A stretch of DNA of 30,981 nt from positions 1 to 30,981 of the IMG/VR virus record IMGVR_UViG_3300026187_000059; one strand, written 5' to 3'. How positions within the stretch are numbered: position 1 is the stretch's first letter; every line of letters begins with the position of its first letter. Shown here one piece after another: positions 7,368-17,160 of the stretch. The notes below the pieces were generated by a model. It was not told where the DNA came from. It saw only the letters and a list, made by a program, of their open reading frames with translations, and searched no databases. The stretch comes from a virus. Its lineage: Duplodnaviria > Caudoviricetes. The position numbers and the translations under genes are program-made.

Positions 7368-7777
7368 TAATGGTCTCCGTTCCCATTAGCAAATTTAATA
7401 TCTCGTGTTTGATCTTTTAGCTTTTCTACATCTCCAGATAGTTGATCGACCACATCCTGGAGGTGTTCTATCATGACTTTAGAATGTGCGTTTTCTTCTA
7501 AGATTATTTGATGCTTTTCCACTTGCCCAGCCAAGAACTCTAACAACATAAACTGTTCATCATCAGCTGGGAGATTGCCCATCAACCCCCTGGGCCATTT
7601 AATTCTAAACTCAGTGTTTAGCTCTAGGTCTTTTTCCATCAACTCTAGCCTGGTGCTATGTTGATTGAGCGTTTCCATGATGCCAAAATAGGCATAAACT
7701 CCGACAGCTACCCCAACTATAATCGATAGCATATTTCGAATAGGCATCGAAATCGAGGTATCGTCAGACAATTTCAT
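7367..7777 (-). CDS. N-terminally anchored membrane coiled-coil protein
   Basis: TM segment LSIIVGVAVGVYAYFGI, then coiled coil with EFRIKWPRG. Confidence 0.7.
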   Translation of the reverse strand: MKLSDDTSISMPIRNMLSIIVGVAVGVYAYFGIMETLNQHSTRLELMEKDLELNTEFRIKWPRGLMGNLPADDEQFMLLEFLAGQVEKHQIILEENAHSKVMIEHLQDVVDQLSGDVEKLKDQTRDIKFANGNGDH

Positions 7778-7792
7778 GAAAGTTATTTATAA

Positions 7793-8158
7793 TTAGGGTT
7801 TAGGATTATCTGCTTTGACTTCTGCTATCTTATCTTTCCAAGTTGTTGTGCCATTGACACTATCCCAGTATTGCATATCTAACTGGTCTTGTAAGGAAGG
7901 ATAAGCACTGGCTCTATCTCTTTGATACTGATTGTTGTCATACTCAGTCTGGAGTAAGGCTTTCTCAGCACTGACTTCTGACCATGTATAAGGCTTCGTA
8001 TCAGAGAAGATAGCAGTACCATTAGCATCACTGCCTGAAACATAATCAACACTACTGTTGTATTCTGCTTCATTGGTTGGCTCACCTCTAACAACAAACT
8101 CATGGTTTACACCACCCTTTTTGTTGAGAGATTGTATTGCTGTTGCTATGTCTGTCAT
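7793..8158 (-). CDS. Tail fibre assembly/chaperone-like protein
   Basis: YQR.R...YPS..DQLDM.YWD..NGTTTW.D.I..VK...PK motif. Follows fibre-tip genes. AAGGAG SD. Confidence 0.65.
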   Translation of the reverse strand: MTDIATAIQSLNKKGGVNHEFVVRGEPTNEAEYNSSVDYVSGSDANGTAIFSDTKPYTWSEVSAEKALLQTEYDNNQYQRDRASAYPSLQDQLDMQYWDSVNGTTTWKDKIAEVKADNPKP

Positions 8159-8176
8159 TGTTTTCTCCTTTTAAAT

Positions 8177-8665
8177 TTATGCTAGAACCTCTAGTAAAGT
8201 TAAACTAACTTTGTTAGCTGTTCCTGTACCACCATCATGGTTATACCAAGTAGTTCCAGCTTGAGTTCTATGATAAACTGTATATGTAGTAGAAGATGTT
8301 GTAGAAGGACTATCTAAATAATGAATACTATGAGGCATAGATAAAAATGTATTTGCATAATGTTTTTGTAAACCATTAGTACCCCCACCTAAATCTGTTC
8401 CACCTCTGTAAAAAGTTGTCCATCTACCATAGTTTACATCATTATTATTCCATGCTTCTCCTCCATTAAGCATAATTAAAACTTTACTTGAAGATGCAGT
8501 AGGAGTTATAGAAGCACTATGTCCTGTTGAAACAAAACTTGTAGAAGTTGTTGTAAATGTTGTACTAAGAACTGAAGTAATTACTTGACCAATTTTACCA
8601 CCAACACCACTAGGCAAAGCAGTAACAGAACTGATTGATTGATTATTAAGACGTATCAACGGCAT
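8177..8665 (-). CDS. Short tail-fibre / receptor-binding module
   Basis: GKIGQV...ITPT..SSKVL...YLDSPS.TS..TY...LLEVLA beta-sandwich-type domain. Confidence 0.65.
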   Translation of the reverse strand: MPLIRLNNQSISSVTALPSGVGGKIGQVITSVLSTTFTTTSTSFVSTGHSASITPTASSSKVLIMLNGGEAWNNNDVNYGRWTTFYRGGTDLGGGTNGLQKHYANTFLSMPHSIHYLDSPSTTSSTTYTVYHRTQAGTTWYNHDGGTGTANKVSLTLLEVLA

Positions 8666-9444
8666 TATGCTAGTACCTCCGATAGAATGATAGATGATGG
8701 TTGGTCGTTTGTTCTTACTTCAGCACTATTAGAAGCTGATGTTACACGAGCTTGTGTTTTATAAGTAATTGCACTTGTACTTGAAGGACTGTCTAAATAA
8801 CTATAATTAAAAATGTAATATATTTGTTGCGAAGTTGCAGTACTACCAAGATTATATCCATATACTCTTGCTGTGCTTTCCCAAACACTTGTTGCATCTC
8901 TTAATATTCTAAACCATGCTTCTACATTTGCAGAAGTTCTATAAATATAAAAAGGTTGAGATACTGTAACTAAGACTTTGCTTGATGTAGCGGTTGGAGT
9001 AATTGTTCCACTTAAATTTGTATCAGTAAATGTGGTAGTTGTAATTGTTGAAGTTGAACTTGTTGTTGCTTGAACCACTTGACCAATCTTCCCTAAAGCT
9101 ACTGAACTATCAATCTTACTAGCAGTTACTGCGTTGTTGCCTAACTTCGCTTCGGTAATCGCTCCGTCTGCCACAGTGGTAATTAACCCTGTACCATAAT
9201 GTAATATCCAATCACAAGTATCACTTGCTGATACATTGGTATTAAAGGTAATCGTACTCCCACTTACGGAGAAGTTCCCCTGTTGCACCACACCACTAAT
9301 ACTAATCAATAAGTTATTAGCACTAGAAGGTACAAAGTTTACGGAGGATTTCTGTAAGGTGTAACTTGCTGAACCATCAAATGTTAAGTTATCTAAAACT
9401 TCTACGTTGGATATACTGTCTGTTCCTCTGCCTATGTAACTCAT
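8665..9444 (-). CDS. Tail-fibre / receptor-binding module (MSYIG N-domain plus GKIGQV C-domain)
   Basis: N-domain resembles 11011..11844 and C-domain is paralogous to 8177..8665. Confidence 0.65.
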   Translation of the reverse strand: MSYIGRGTDSISNVEVLDNLTFDGSASYTLQKSSVNFVPSSANNLLISISGVVQQGNFSVSGSTITFNTNVSASDTCDWILHYGTGLITTVADGAITEAKLGNNAVTASKIDSSVALGKIGQVVQATTSSTSTITTTTFTDTNLSGTITPTATSSKVLVTVSQPFYIYRTSANVEAWFRILRDATSVWESTARVYGYNLGSTATSQQIYYIFNYSYLDSPSSTSAITYKTQARVTSASNSAEVRTNDQPSSIILSEVLA

Positions 9445-9623
9445 TCTGCACCCCCATTATCTGTAATTGTGTTTCCTTCAGCTACCCATTCTAGTATTTC
9501 TTGGTAGTGTCGGTTTGCTTCGTTGTGAGGAGCAAAATAAACACAGTTTTCATTTGTTGTAATTTTATAATTAGTAAAATTGTTATCTAAATCATAATTT
9601 TTTTCTACTGATATAATATTCAT
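9441..9623 (-). CDS. Small fibre chaperone-like protein
   Basis: P..EANRHYQEILEWVAEGNTI motif, directly after a fibre gene. AAGGAG SD. Confidence 0.6.
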   Translation of the reverse strand: MNIISVEKNYDLDNNFTNYKITTNENCVYFAPHNEANRHYQEILEWVAEGNTITDNGGAE

Positions 9624-9632
9624 TTTATCTCC

Positions 9633-10733
9633 TTATAACTCCGCATCAAAAGCACACAAAGCTGTTGAAGTATTTGACTTACCAAACAAAGAACTGCCTT
9701 GGGTAACTGAAGTTGTCATGGTGCAATAAATCCAAGAACCTCTTTCATGAATGTGGTCAAAACTTAAAGTAGGTGCAAAGTGAGCATTTGATTGACTATA
9801 AAATGCAAAGTCATTTGTATTATTACTTGTAATTCCAGTAGGAGCAGTTCTCATTCCTGTTACATTAAATCTATGAGCACAGTAAACAGATGCACCATTA
9901 TAGCTTGTAAAATTTTCAAAAGATTGGTCAGCACCATTTATTAATAATTGATAATATCTCATACACCTCTGTAAATTCACATCATAAGGTAAGAACTCAA
10001 AATCACTAGCAGATGTACCGACTTCTAGTTGTACTCCTGTGATGTAAACACTATCGTTATTACTTGCAAAAGCGTTAGTAGCACCTACTGCTCTGTTTGA
10101 AGCTGTTTGTGTACCCCAAGTAGTCTGAAGTGTGCCAGAACTAAAATTTGTTCCCGCACCGAGCCACCAGTTTAAATCTAATCCTCTGCCATTATCTATG
10201 CTAATTGCGTTAGAAGTATCACCACTAAAAGTAATGGTTTTCTTTTCCCAAGTAGAAGCTGAAGAAACAGTAAAAGACTGCGATTGTGATACACCACCGT
10301 CAATATTATCTAATTCAACAACATAAGTTCCAGTAACACTAGCTTTAATCCAAAAAGATAAAGTTAAACTTTCAGCATTTGATGTTCCAAACTTAGCTGA
10401 TTGAAACATATATCCTTCTAATCTTTGTTGAAAAATATTGTATTGGTCAGAAGCTAGAGAAGCATCTCCAGTTGTTGCTTCTTGTTTATGAGAATACTTA
10501 AAACCTTGACCACTAGGAACATCTGTGGATTGGCTAAATGTGTTTACAATATCAGAACCCGCACCATATCTGTATCTATCTACTGCTTTATATCCAGAAC
10601 TAGAAACACTAGAAACACTAGTACCCCTCTGTGCAATAGACATATCACCATTGATGATGAGGTTACGGAAGTTTACCCCTTGATTAGATGCGTCTGCACC
10701 TAGTCCACTAAAAGGTATTGTTGATAATGCCAT
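9633..10733 (-). CDS. Tail-fibre protein with carbohydrate-binding-like domain
   Basis: FRNLIINGDM.IAQRGTS, TLSFW.K, ITGVQLEVG..ASDFE, LQRC.RYYQ and C-terminal DAEL. Confidence 0.75.
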   Translation of the reverse strand: MALSTIPFSGLGADASNQGVNFRNLIINGDMSIAQRGTSVSSVSSSGYKAVDRYRYGAGSDIVNTFSQSTDVPSGQGFKYSHKQEATTGDASLASDQYNIFQQRLEGYMFQSAKFGTSNAESLTLSFWIKASVTGTYVVELDNIDGGVSQSQSFTVSSASTWEKKTITFSGDTSNAISIDNGRGLDLNWWLGAGTNFSSGTLQTTWGTQTASNRAVGATNAFASNNDSVYITGVQLEVGTSASDFEFLPYDVNLQRCMRYYQLLINGADQSFENFTSYNGASVYCAHRFNVTGMRTAPTGITSNNTNDFAFYSQSNAHFAPTLSFDHIHERGSWIYCTMTTSVTQGSSLFGKSNTSTALCAFDAEL

Positions 10734-11011
10734 TAGATACCAAATGCCTCCTTAATTTCATCTACTGTTAATCCTAAGTCTTGGAGTTTTTGTTTAGCAG
10801 ATGCTTTGTTGTTTTCTTTATCTATTTCTTCTTGTTTTAATTCTTCAATCTTTGCATTGACTTCTGCTTCAGTAGGCATAGTTGCACCTTCTTTAATGAT
10901 AATTACATTTTCATAAGACATTCTTTTTTCCCCTGTCCAATCTTTTTTCCAACCATACCAATCACCACCATTAAAAGTGTGTAATGCTTCTTGTAAATAA
11001 TTTTCTTCCAT
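10733..11011 (-). CDS. Small fibre chaperone-like protein (XkdW-like)
   Basis: PTEAEVNAKI..L and KASAKQKL..LGLT.DEI motifs. Follows a fibre gene. Confidence 0.6.
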   Translation of the reverse strand: MEENYLQEALHTFNGGDWYGWKKDWTGEKRMSYENVIIIKEGATMPTEAEVNAKIEELKQEEIDKENNKASAKQKLQDLGLTVDEIKEAFGI

Positions 11012-11844
11012 TAGGTATCTCCTAATCTAATAAATGTAAAATATGTTCTGTTCACATCAGTATTTCCTACTAACACACCACTACTAATACCATCCAAAGC
11101 AAATTTTACTTTATGCGTTGATGTGTTTGTTACATCAAATAAGTATGAACCATAATGACTTGGGTCGCTTGCACATCGAGTTGTTGTAGCATTAGTAAAA
11201 GTTGAATTATCTGTGGTAACTTTAATTTCTGTAGTACAACCAGCATTTGCTCTTGAAACCATTTCAATTTTGTAAATTCCTGTGCTTGGAAAAGAAAACA
11301 CACCAGAACTTTCGGTCATTCCAGTTCCTAAATATCCAAAACCAGTAGTATCTACTCTTTCTAAATTAGAAGTAATATCCCCATTAGTTCCTAAATTAGC
11401 AGTCAATCTCCATTGGTCTGCTTCTGTAATACCCGCAGATATTGTTCCACTAGCACCTAAATCAATAGATGTTCCATTGACTGTTACAGAGGAGTTAGCA
11501 AGTTTGGAGTTAGGAATAGAACCTAGTAGTTTACTTTCATTAATACTTCCAGATAACATATCGTTAGTAACAGAACCGACTGCGGGTGTCTTTGTGCCGA
11601 CTGTTCTTCCTAAAAATAATACCCAACACTCATCACTAACAGAGATAGTTCCCCCTAGTGTTAATTGGTCGCCTGATACAGTATAGCTAGATACATTCTG
11701 CCTAACATTATTGACAAAGACAGCGACATCTTCTTCATTAGATACAGAATAATCTAAAGTATAAGTAGCACTCCCTGTACCAGTAATCTGTTGGGAAGCA
11801 ATACTTAGATAAGTATCTGTAGGTTGTACTCCGATATATGCCAT
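11011..11844 (-). CDS. Tail-fibre / receptor-binding module (MAYIG N-domain plus GITEADQWR C-domain)
   Basis: V.VNNVRQ beta domain, C1q/TNF-like tip with G.FSFPSTGIY, ending FIRLGDT. Confidence 0.7.
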   Translation of the reverse strand: MAYIGVQPTDTYLSIASQQITGTGSATYTLDYSVSNEEDVAVFVNNVRQNVSSYTVSGDQLTLGGTISVSDECWVLFLGRTVGTKTPAVGSVTNDMLSGSINESKLLGSIPNSKLANSSVTVNGTSIDLGASGTISAGITEADQWRLTANLGTNGDITSNLERVDTTGFGYLGTGMTESSGVFSFPSTGIYKIEMVSRANAGCTTEIKVTTDNSTFTNATTTRCASDPSHYGSYLFDVTNTSTHKVKFALDGISSGVLVGNTDVNRTYFTFIRLGDT

Positions 11845-11855
11845 TTATAATTCCT

Positions 11856-12191
11856 TTAAGTTGAGATGCTATCAACATAGCTAGTTAATACATCAACAGC
11901 AGAGGCAGTATCTGCGTAAACTTTTAAAACATCGCCTGACTGCATTACAATCTTTGATCCAGAGTCAATTAATTCTAATGAACCACCTAAAGGAATAGGT
12001 GCATCTTTAATTACATAAAAATCTGTACCACCAGAACTAATTAAAACAGTCACATTAACTGCTGTAGTATATTTATTTACACATCGAATAGAGATCAAAG
12101 CATCATCGGAATTTGAAGTAACCAAAGTTGTTGGTGATCCTGATGCGTTTGAGATCGATGAGCTATAACTTCTTTCAAAATCTTGAGCCAT
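11856..12191 (-). CDS. Small beta-rich tail-associated protein
   Basis: YVIKDAPIP.GGSLELI..K.V..SGD.L motif, directly after the main fibre. AAGGAG SD. Confidence 0.6.
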   Translation of the reverse strand: MAQDFERSYSSSISNASGSPTTLVTSNSDDALISIRCVNKYTTAVNVTVLISSGGTDFYVIKDAPIPLGGSLELIDSGSKIVMQSGDVLKVYADTASAVDVLTSYVDSIST

Positions 12192-12200
12192 TGTTTCTCC

Positions 12201-14231
12201 TTATAAAGCTATTGCCATCGCTACAGCGAAACCAGCTCCAGCTTTAGCATCAATTTGAGTTTGTATGTTTGATGTAGCACCATTGAGATAACCAAACTCG
12301 GTGTTATCGACAGTGCCAGAACCTATCTTGGTAGCGTTAATACTATTAACAGCTAAAGATATAGTTCCACTTGATGTCACTGGGGAACCAGTAATTGTAA
12401 ATTCAGAACTACCACTATCTGCAACAGCTACTGAAGTAACTGTTCCTGTATTGGCTGGTTCAATAATTGTAAAAGTAATATCGCTTGATCCTAGAGTTGC
12501 GTCAGTGTCAGTAGTACATAAATAGATTGTATCTCCATTGGTCGTACCTTCTTGAACAACAACAATCTGACCAGCTAATTCTGCTATTGTATCATAGTCA
12601 GTATTTCGAGTAGCAGTACCACTAGCAACTACATCGTAGATACCATTAGCACTAGCAGAGCTTTGATTTTTGACCAAAACCTTATCTCCAGTAACTAGAG
12701 TAATACCATCAATCGTGTCGCCATTTTGTAGGTCAGCAGTAAGATCCACATTCGCAGTTGTTGCGACTCTTGTAATAATTCTTGTTTTTAATCCAGCGAC
12801 TAAGTTATCGACATAAGTCTTAGTGGCCACATCAGATCCAGCACTTGGTGAACCCATGCCTGTAACAGAACCACCAGTAATCGCAACACTACTCGCACTT
12901 TGTGTAGCCATATCTCCTAATCCAAGATTAGTTCTTGCTGTTGAGGCAGTAGCTATATCGGATAAGTTATTAGAAGCTGTTAGCTTAGAGTCGATCTGTG
13001 TTTGAATAGCAGAAGTAACTCCATTTAAATATCCAAACTCTGTATTAGATATAGTTCCGTCATGAATTTTAGTAGCATCAATCGTACCAGCTAATTGTGC
13101 ATTACTAATTGTTCCTGTTAAAGCACTTGCTGGATAACTAGTGGCATCTTGTAAGTCAAAAGCTGGAGTAGCGTCAGTAGCTCCAAGAGCTAGAGAGACA
13201 CCACCATAACTGACAGTAGAGTTAGTAAGGCTAGAATTACCAATGTTCGATAAGGTATTAGAAGAACCACTAATCGTTTTGTTTGTTAGTGTTTGTGTTC
13301 CTGTAAGAGTTGCTACAGTAGAGTCTATAGCTAGGGTAACATTGTTCCCGGAAGCTGTGGAGTCAATTCCTGTACCACCTAAGACACCTAGTGTTTCACT
13401 ATCCAGGTCAATAGCGATTGTTGAAGTTCCATCTGTAAGGTCTAAATCCTGGGCCGTTAATTGTGCATCAACATAAGCTTTAATAGATTGTTGTGAAGCA
13501 ACAGCAGTAGCACTGTCTGATACCATGTCATCTTCGTCTTTAAAGGCAGTACCAGAGATCGCTGTGTTAAGGACAGGGCTAGTTAAAGTCTTGTTAGTAA
13601 GGGTTTCAGTTCCAGCTAATGTGGCAAAGTCGTTATCAGATAATGCTGTATTAAATTCAGCAGTTGTTCCTGTCAGGGTGTTTGTACTAAGATCGATTGA
13701 TTTATTCGATATGGTGACAGTACCAGAAGTGACAAATGCTTTTGTGGATTGTTGAGAGGGAGGAAGAATAGCTGAGTCCGAAGACATATCATCTTCATCA
13801 ATAACAGGAGTAGCTGGATTACTAAAAGTAGATCCCACATAAACATCGACTGTTGTATCCGAACTAGAAATAGAACCTGAGTCAAAAGTAAATGTAATTG
13901 TTGTGTTAGGTGAAGAATAAGAACTAGTTGCTATCTTTCCATAAATAGTACCGGTGTTCGATCCAACAACTTTAACTCTTCTTCCTACATGGTGACTAGA
14001 TGAAATATCTGAAGCAACAGTAATACTACTTGCCGAGGCTCTCGTAAATGTCGTACCTTGGTCGCCATCACCCAAGATGAACCACTCTTTATCATTAAAT
14101 CCATCTCTGATGTCTTTAACAATTTCACGCATGGAGTTATTCACTGCTGAAGGTGACATACCCTCTGCTAGTGAACTGCCGTTAACGGCTGTGTTGCTTG
14201 AAGCTGTTGTGCTGTAATTTTTTATTGCCAT
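12201..14231 (-). CDS. Main tail fibre protein
   Basis: N-terminal attachment motif AEGMSPSAVNNSMR. Ser/Thr-rich repeats TLTNKT, DEDDM.SDSA..SQQS.KA x2 and EFGYLNG.TS.IQTQID x2. Ends AGFAVAMAIAL. Confidence 0.85.
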   Translation of the reverse strand: MAIKNYSTTASSNTAVNGSSLAEGMSPSAVNNSMREIVKDIRDGFNDKEWFILGDGDQGTTFTRASASSITVASDISSSHHVGRRVKVVGSNTGTIYGKIATSSYSSPNTTITFTFDSGSISSSDTTVDVYVGSTFSNPATPVIDEDDMSSDSAILPPSQQSTKAFVTSGTVTISNKSIDLSTNTLTGTTAEFNTALSDNDFATLAGTETLTNKTLTSPVLNTAISGTAFKDEDDMVSDSATAVASQQSIKAYVDAQLTAQDLDLTDGTSTIAIDLDSETLGVLGGTGIDSTASGNNVTLAIDSTVATLTGTQTLTNKTISGSSNTLSNIGNSSLTNSTVSYGGVSLALGATDATPAFDLQDATSYPASALTGTISNAQLAGTIDATKIHDGTISNTEFGYLNGVTSAIQTQIDSKLTASNNLSDIATASTARTNLGLGDMATQSASSVAITGGSVTGMGSPSAGSDVATKTYVDNLVAGLKTRIITRVATTANVDLTADLQNGDTIDGITLVTGDKVLVKNQSSASANGIYDVVASGTATRNTDYDTIAELAGQIVVVQEGTTNGDTIYLCTTDTDATLGSSDITFTIIEPANTGTVTSVAVADSGSSEFTITGSPVTSSGTISLAVNSINATKIGSGTVDNTEFGYLNGATSNIQTQIDAKAGAGFAVAMAIAL

Positions 14232-14234
14232 TTT

Positions 14235-15769
14235 TTAATTCCCTAATAATCCCATGTTGTTCATCATCATTTTTCCTCTATCTTTAATCTCGACTGAACC
14301 TGGATTGGTTGCAGATCGTAAATAATTACTTGCTCCAGGTATTACGAAATTTGTCATTGCTTTATTTGTTATGGGTGTTGCGTAACTTGCAAAAGGAATA
14401 GATGCACTTCCTATAGCCATTAAAGGATCAACTCCTTGGCCCATTGCATAACCAGTTCCCAATCCTCCACCTAGTAACAAGCTTTGAGTTCCTAATCTTG
14501 ATTGTGTTCCTGAGTCGCCTACCTTATCTCCAATAACGTTTTTCGCTGTAGATGCTATATCTTGGTAAGGAGCTGTGCCTGTAGCATATTTAACAGAACC
14601 ACCTTTTCCTAATTTACCAGCACTTAAAACATTAGTTGGAGTCATTGTGTCAGCGGTGGTCTTACCAACAGATTTTTCGATTGTCTTAAAATAAGGGTAG
14701 TATTTTTTTACGTTGTTATAAGCAATTAAAGCACCTGTTTTGCTGTTCATTTTTAGATTAGCATCAAATAAATCTTCATAAAACATTTCGTATAATCTTT
14801 TCGTATCAATAGTTAAATTATTATCGTTCATAAGATCTCTTAAAAGACGATCAGTTGCTTGAACAAATTCACCAGTTATTTTTTTGTCTTTAAGGTTTGT
14901 TATTTCTACAGAAGCTTTTCTAACAAACTCATTTGCCTGGTTCTTGTTCAGGCCCTTAGAAATAGCAAAGTCTGTCATCTCTTTGGTAAATTGATCTTTA
15001 TCTAAAACTAGCTTACCAACTGCATCATCGTATTTTTTTCTGTAAGCTTCATTCACTTTGTTAAAGATTGTAAACTTGTCAGCATCTTTAAGTTGGTTAT
15101 CTAGTTTAATGCCTACTGACTCTGCAAAATCTTTAAATATTTTAAATTGAAAATCTCTTGAACCACGATCAAAAGCAGAACTAATAAAGTCACCAATAAT
15201 AGGTAGGCCTGTAGCTCTCTTCTCAAAGTAATCTATTATATTACCTACTAGGGTTCCTCTGTTTGCTTGACCAGGGGTAACTTCAATACCAGCTTCTTGT
15301 AGTTTTTGTGACTCAGGTGTTCTTCTAGGTAAGATTTTACTTAGGATAGTTCCTAGTGTTCCGGAGATACCAGCAGTCACTCCAGCGTTTTTTGCTCTGT
15401 CTTCTAGGCCTTCTCCCGTACCAGCTCCATAAGCTCCACCCATACCAGCGTTTCTAATAAAAGTAGATAAGAGATTTTTACCGACAGACAAAGGTGCATA
15501 AGGTAAGTTACCAGCCATTTCTGAACCGAAAGCAGTCACCGGGTTATTTTTTCTAAAGTTAGCTAACTGTTCTCTTTCATTTTTTAGAGCATCGGCATAG
15601 CTAAGATCTTTATTAAAAGCAGATTTTAAAAAAGCATCAATTTCATCTTGAAGACCAAAAGTTAATCCCTGGCCAACAAGTCGATTGACATTTGCACCAG
15701 TGCTGTCAGCTTTAAAATTTTCATCTGTAACAATATTACTTGTTACATTTCATCCATTAAACTTCCCAT
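14235..15769 (-). CDS. Ejection/internal virion protein, 5' end frameshifted in this sequence
   Basis: The body frame is open from 15749 and includes GQGLTFGLQDEI upstream of the track's start at 15539. ATG15769 is one base out of frame. Confidence 0.7.
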
Positions 15770-15771
15770 GA

Positions 15772-17160
15772 TTATAACTTATTCACCTTTTCTATATCTT
15801 CTTGTCTTAAAATTTTAAATGTTCCATAACTGTCGTCATTGATGTCATTGTTATAATAAACATCACCAATGTTTATTTTTCCGTTTTTAACAGCATTGAT
15901 ATAAACATCATCATTATCAAAAATATTTTTTGTTCCTAAAATTCTCTCTAATTTTGTTCTGTTATTTAAAAGGTCTTTATCAAAAGCTTCTTCTAAGTTT
16001 TTCAGACTAAAGGTATCTTTATTGTTTCTTAAATAATCATCAGCAAATTGAGCATACGCCTCATTCATTCTTGAATAAGAAGCTCTTGCTTTAACAATTA
16101 ATTTGTTTGAAGACTCAGAATTTCCTATCTGTACGTTAGCTTGTCCATATAAAGCTTGTTCAAAGTCAGATGATGCACCAGATCCTACAGGTCTCATACG
16201 AGGTGTTACATAACTAGTAAAAGATCTTAACAATAACTGTAAGTCTAAAGTTTTAGCTTCTTCTTCATTTAGCAATCCTAAACTTAAAGCTAGTTGTTTA
16301 ATGGGAATTAATGCTTCTTGTAGAACACCAGTACTCATATCTGGGTCATCTAAAATTCTTTCCATGTTAACATAAGCATTAGATAAATCCTTACTTTGAT
16401 TTGCTATTTCTCTAAATTCTTTAATGGTTTCTAAGTCTTTTTCGTATTGTATTATAAATGTCTGATCGTCTTTATTTTGTCCAAACTTTGTTGATTTTGT
16501 ATCAATGTATTTTAATGCTTGAGCTTGATAGTCTGGCGAACCAGCTTTGAGATTTGGAAATAAAAGAGCCATATCTTTTTCTAGTGCAGTTCTATTGTCT
16601 TTACTCAATGCAGATATTCTGTCTGTGTAAGCATTATAGAGATCTAACTCGTATTGTTTGTTTAATTGAGCTTTCTCATTTGCTAATTTAATTTGATCTG
16701 ATTTTGATTTGAGATAGGCCTGGTAGCCAGGTTGTAGTCTTTCAACAAGAGATGTAGGTACTTGTGATGCCCTGGTGTCGATACCAGCAAAGAATGCTTG
16801 GCCTTGAGGAGATCCGACAAAGTTCAATAAGTTATTAGTTTTATTAGGTGGTGTGCCTGGTTGATTAACTACCGGTACATTTTGATCTAACAGTCCAGCC
16901 TCCGTAAAAGCTTGGTTCATGTTTGGTTGATTGTTAGTTGTATCTAAGATACTCGGTCTCATGTTTGGTTTAGAACCAGGTATAGGAGATTGGAAAAAAT
17001 TAGGTTGGTTAGATTGAGCTACACGAGGTTTACTAAAAACCACTCCAGGTTGAACATTGGGAGTCATATTCATATTCACATTAGGGTTAATGAGATTAGG
17101 GTTTTCTTTAGTGCTTCTCGGTAAGTTATTTAAGATTGCATTAAGATCGATTGTTGCCAT
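15772..17160 (-). CDS. Ejection/internal virion protein
   Basis: N/P/Q-rich N-terminus, helical body and GSGASSDFE motif. Located between nozzle and fibre. Confidence 0.65.
   Translation of the reverse strand: MATIDLNAILNNLPRSTKENPNLINPNVNMNMTPNVQPGVVFSKPRVAQSNQPNFFQSPIPGSKPNMRPSILDTTNNQPNMNQAFTEAGLLDQNVPVVNQPGTPPNKTNNLLNFVGSPQGQAFFAGIDTRASQVPTSLVERLQPGYQAYLKSKSDQIKLANEKAQLNKQYELDLYNAYTDRISALSKDNRTALEKDMALLFPNLKAGSPDYQAQALKYIDTKSTKFGQNKDDQTFIIQYEKDLETIKEFREIANQSKDLSNAYVNMERILDDPDMSTGVLQEALIPIKQLALSLGLLNEEEAKTLDLQLLLRSFTSYVTPRMRPVGSGASSDFEQALYGQANVQIGNSESSNKLIVKARASYSRMNEAYAQFADDYLRNNKDTFSLKNLEEAFDKDLLNNRTKLERILGTKNIFDNDDVYINAVKNGKINIGDVYYNNDINDDSYGTFKILRQEDIEKVNKL

Noticed and set aside
7793-14231. 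Diversity-generating retroelement or invertible shufflon in the fibre region
   Set aside because: No reverse transcriptase or invertase, no near-identical TR/VR pair with adenine-specific differences, and all modules are co-oriented.
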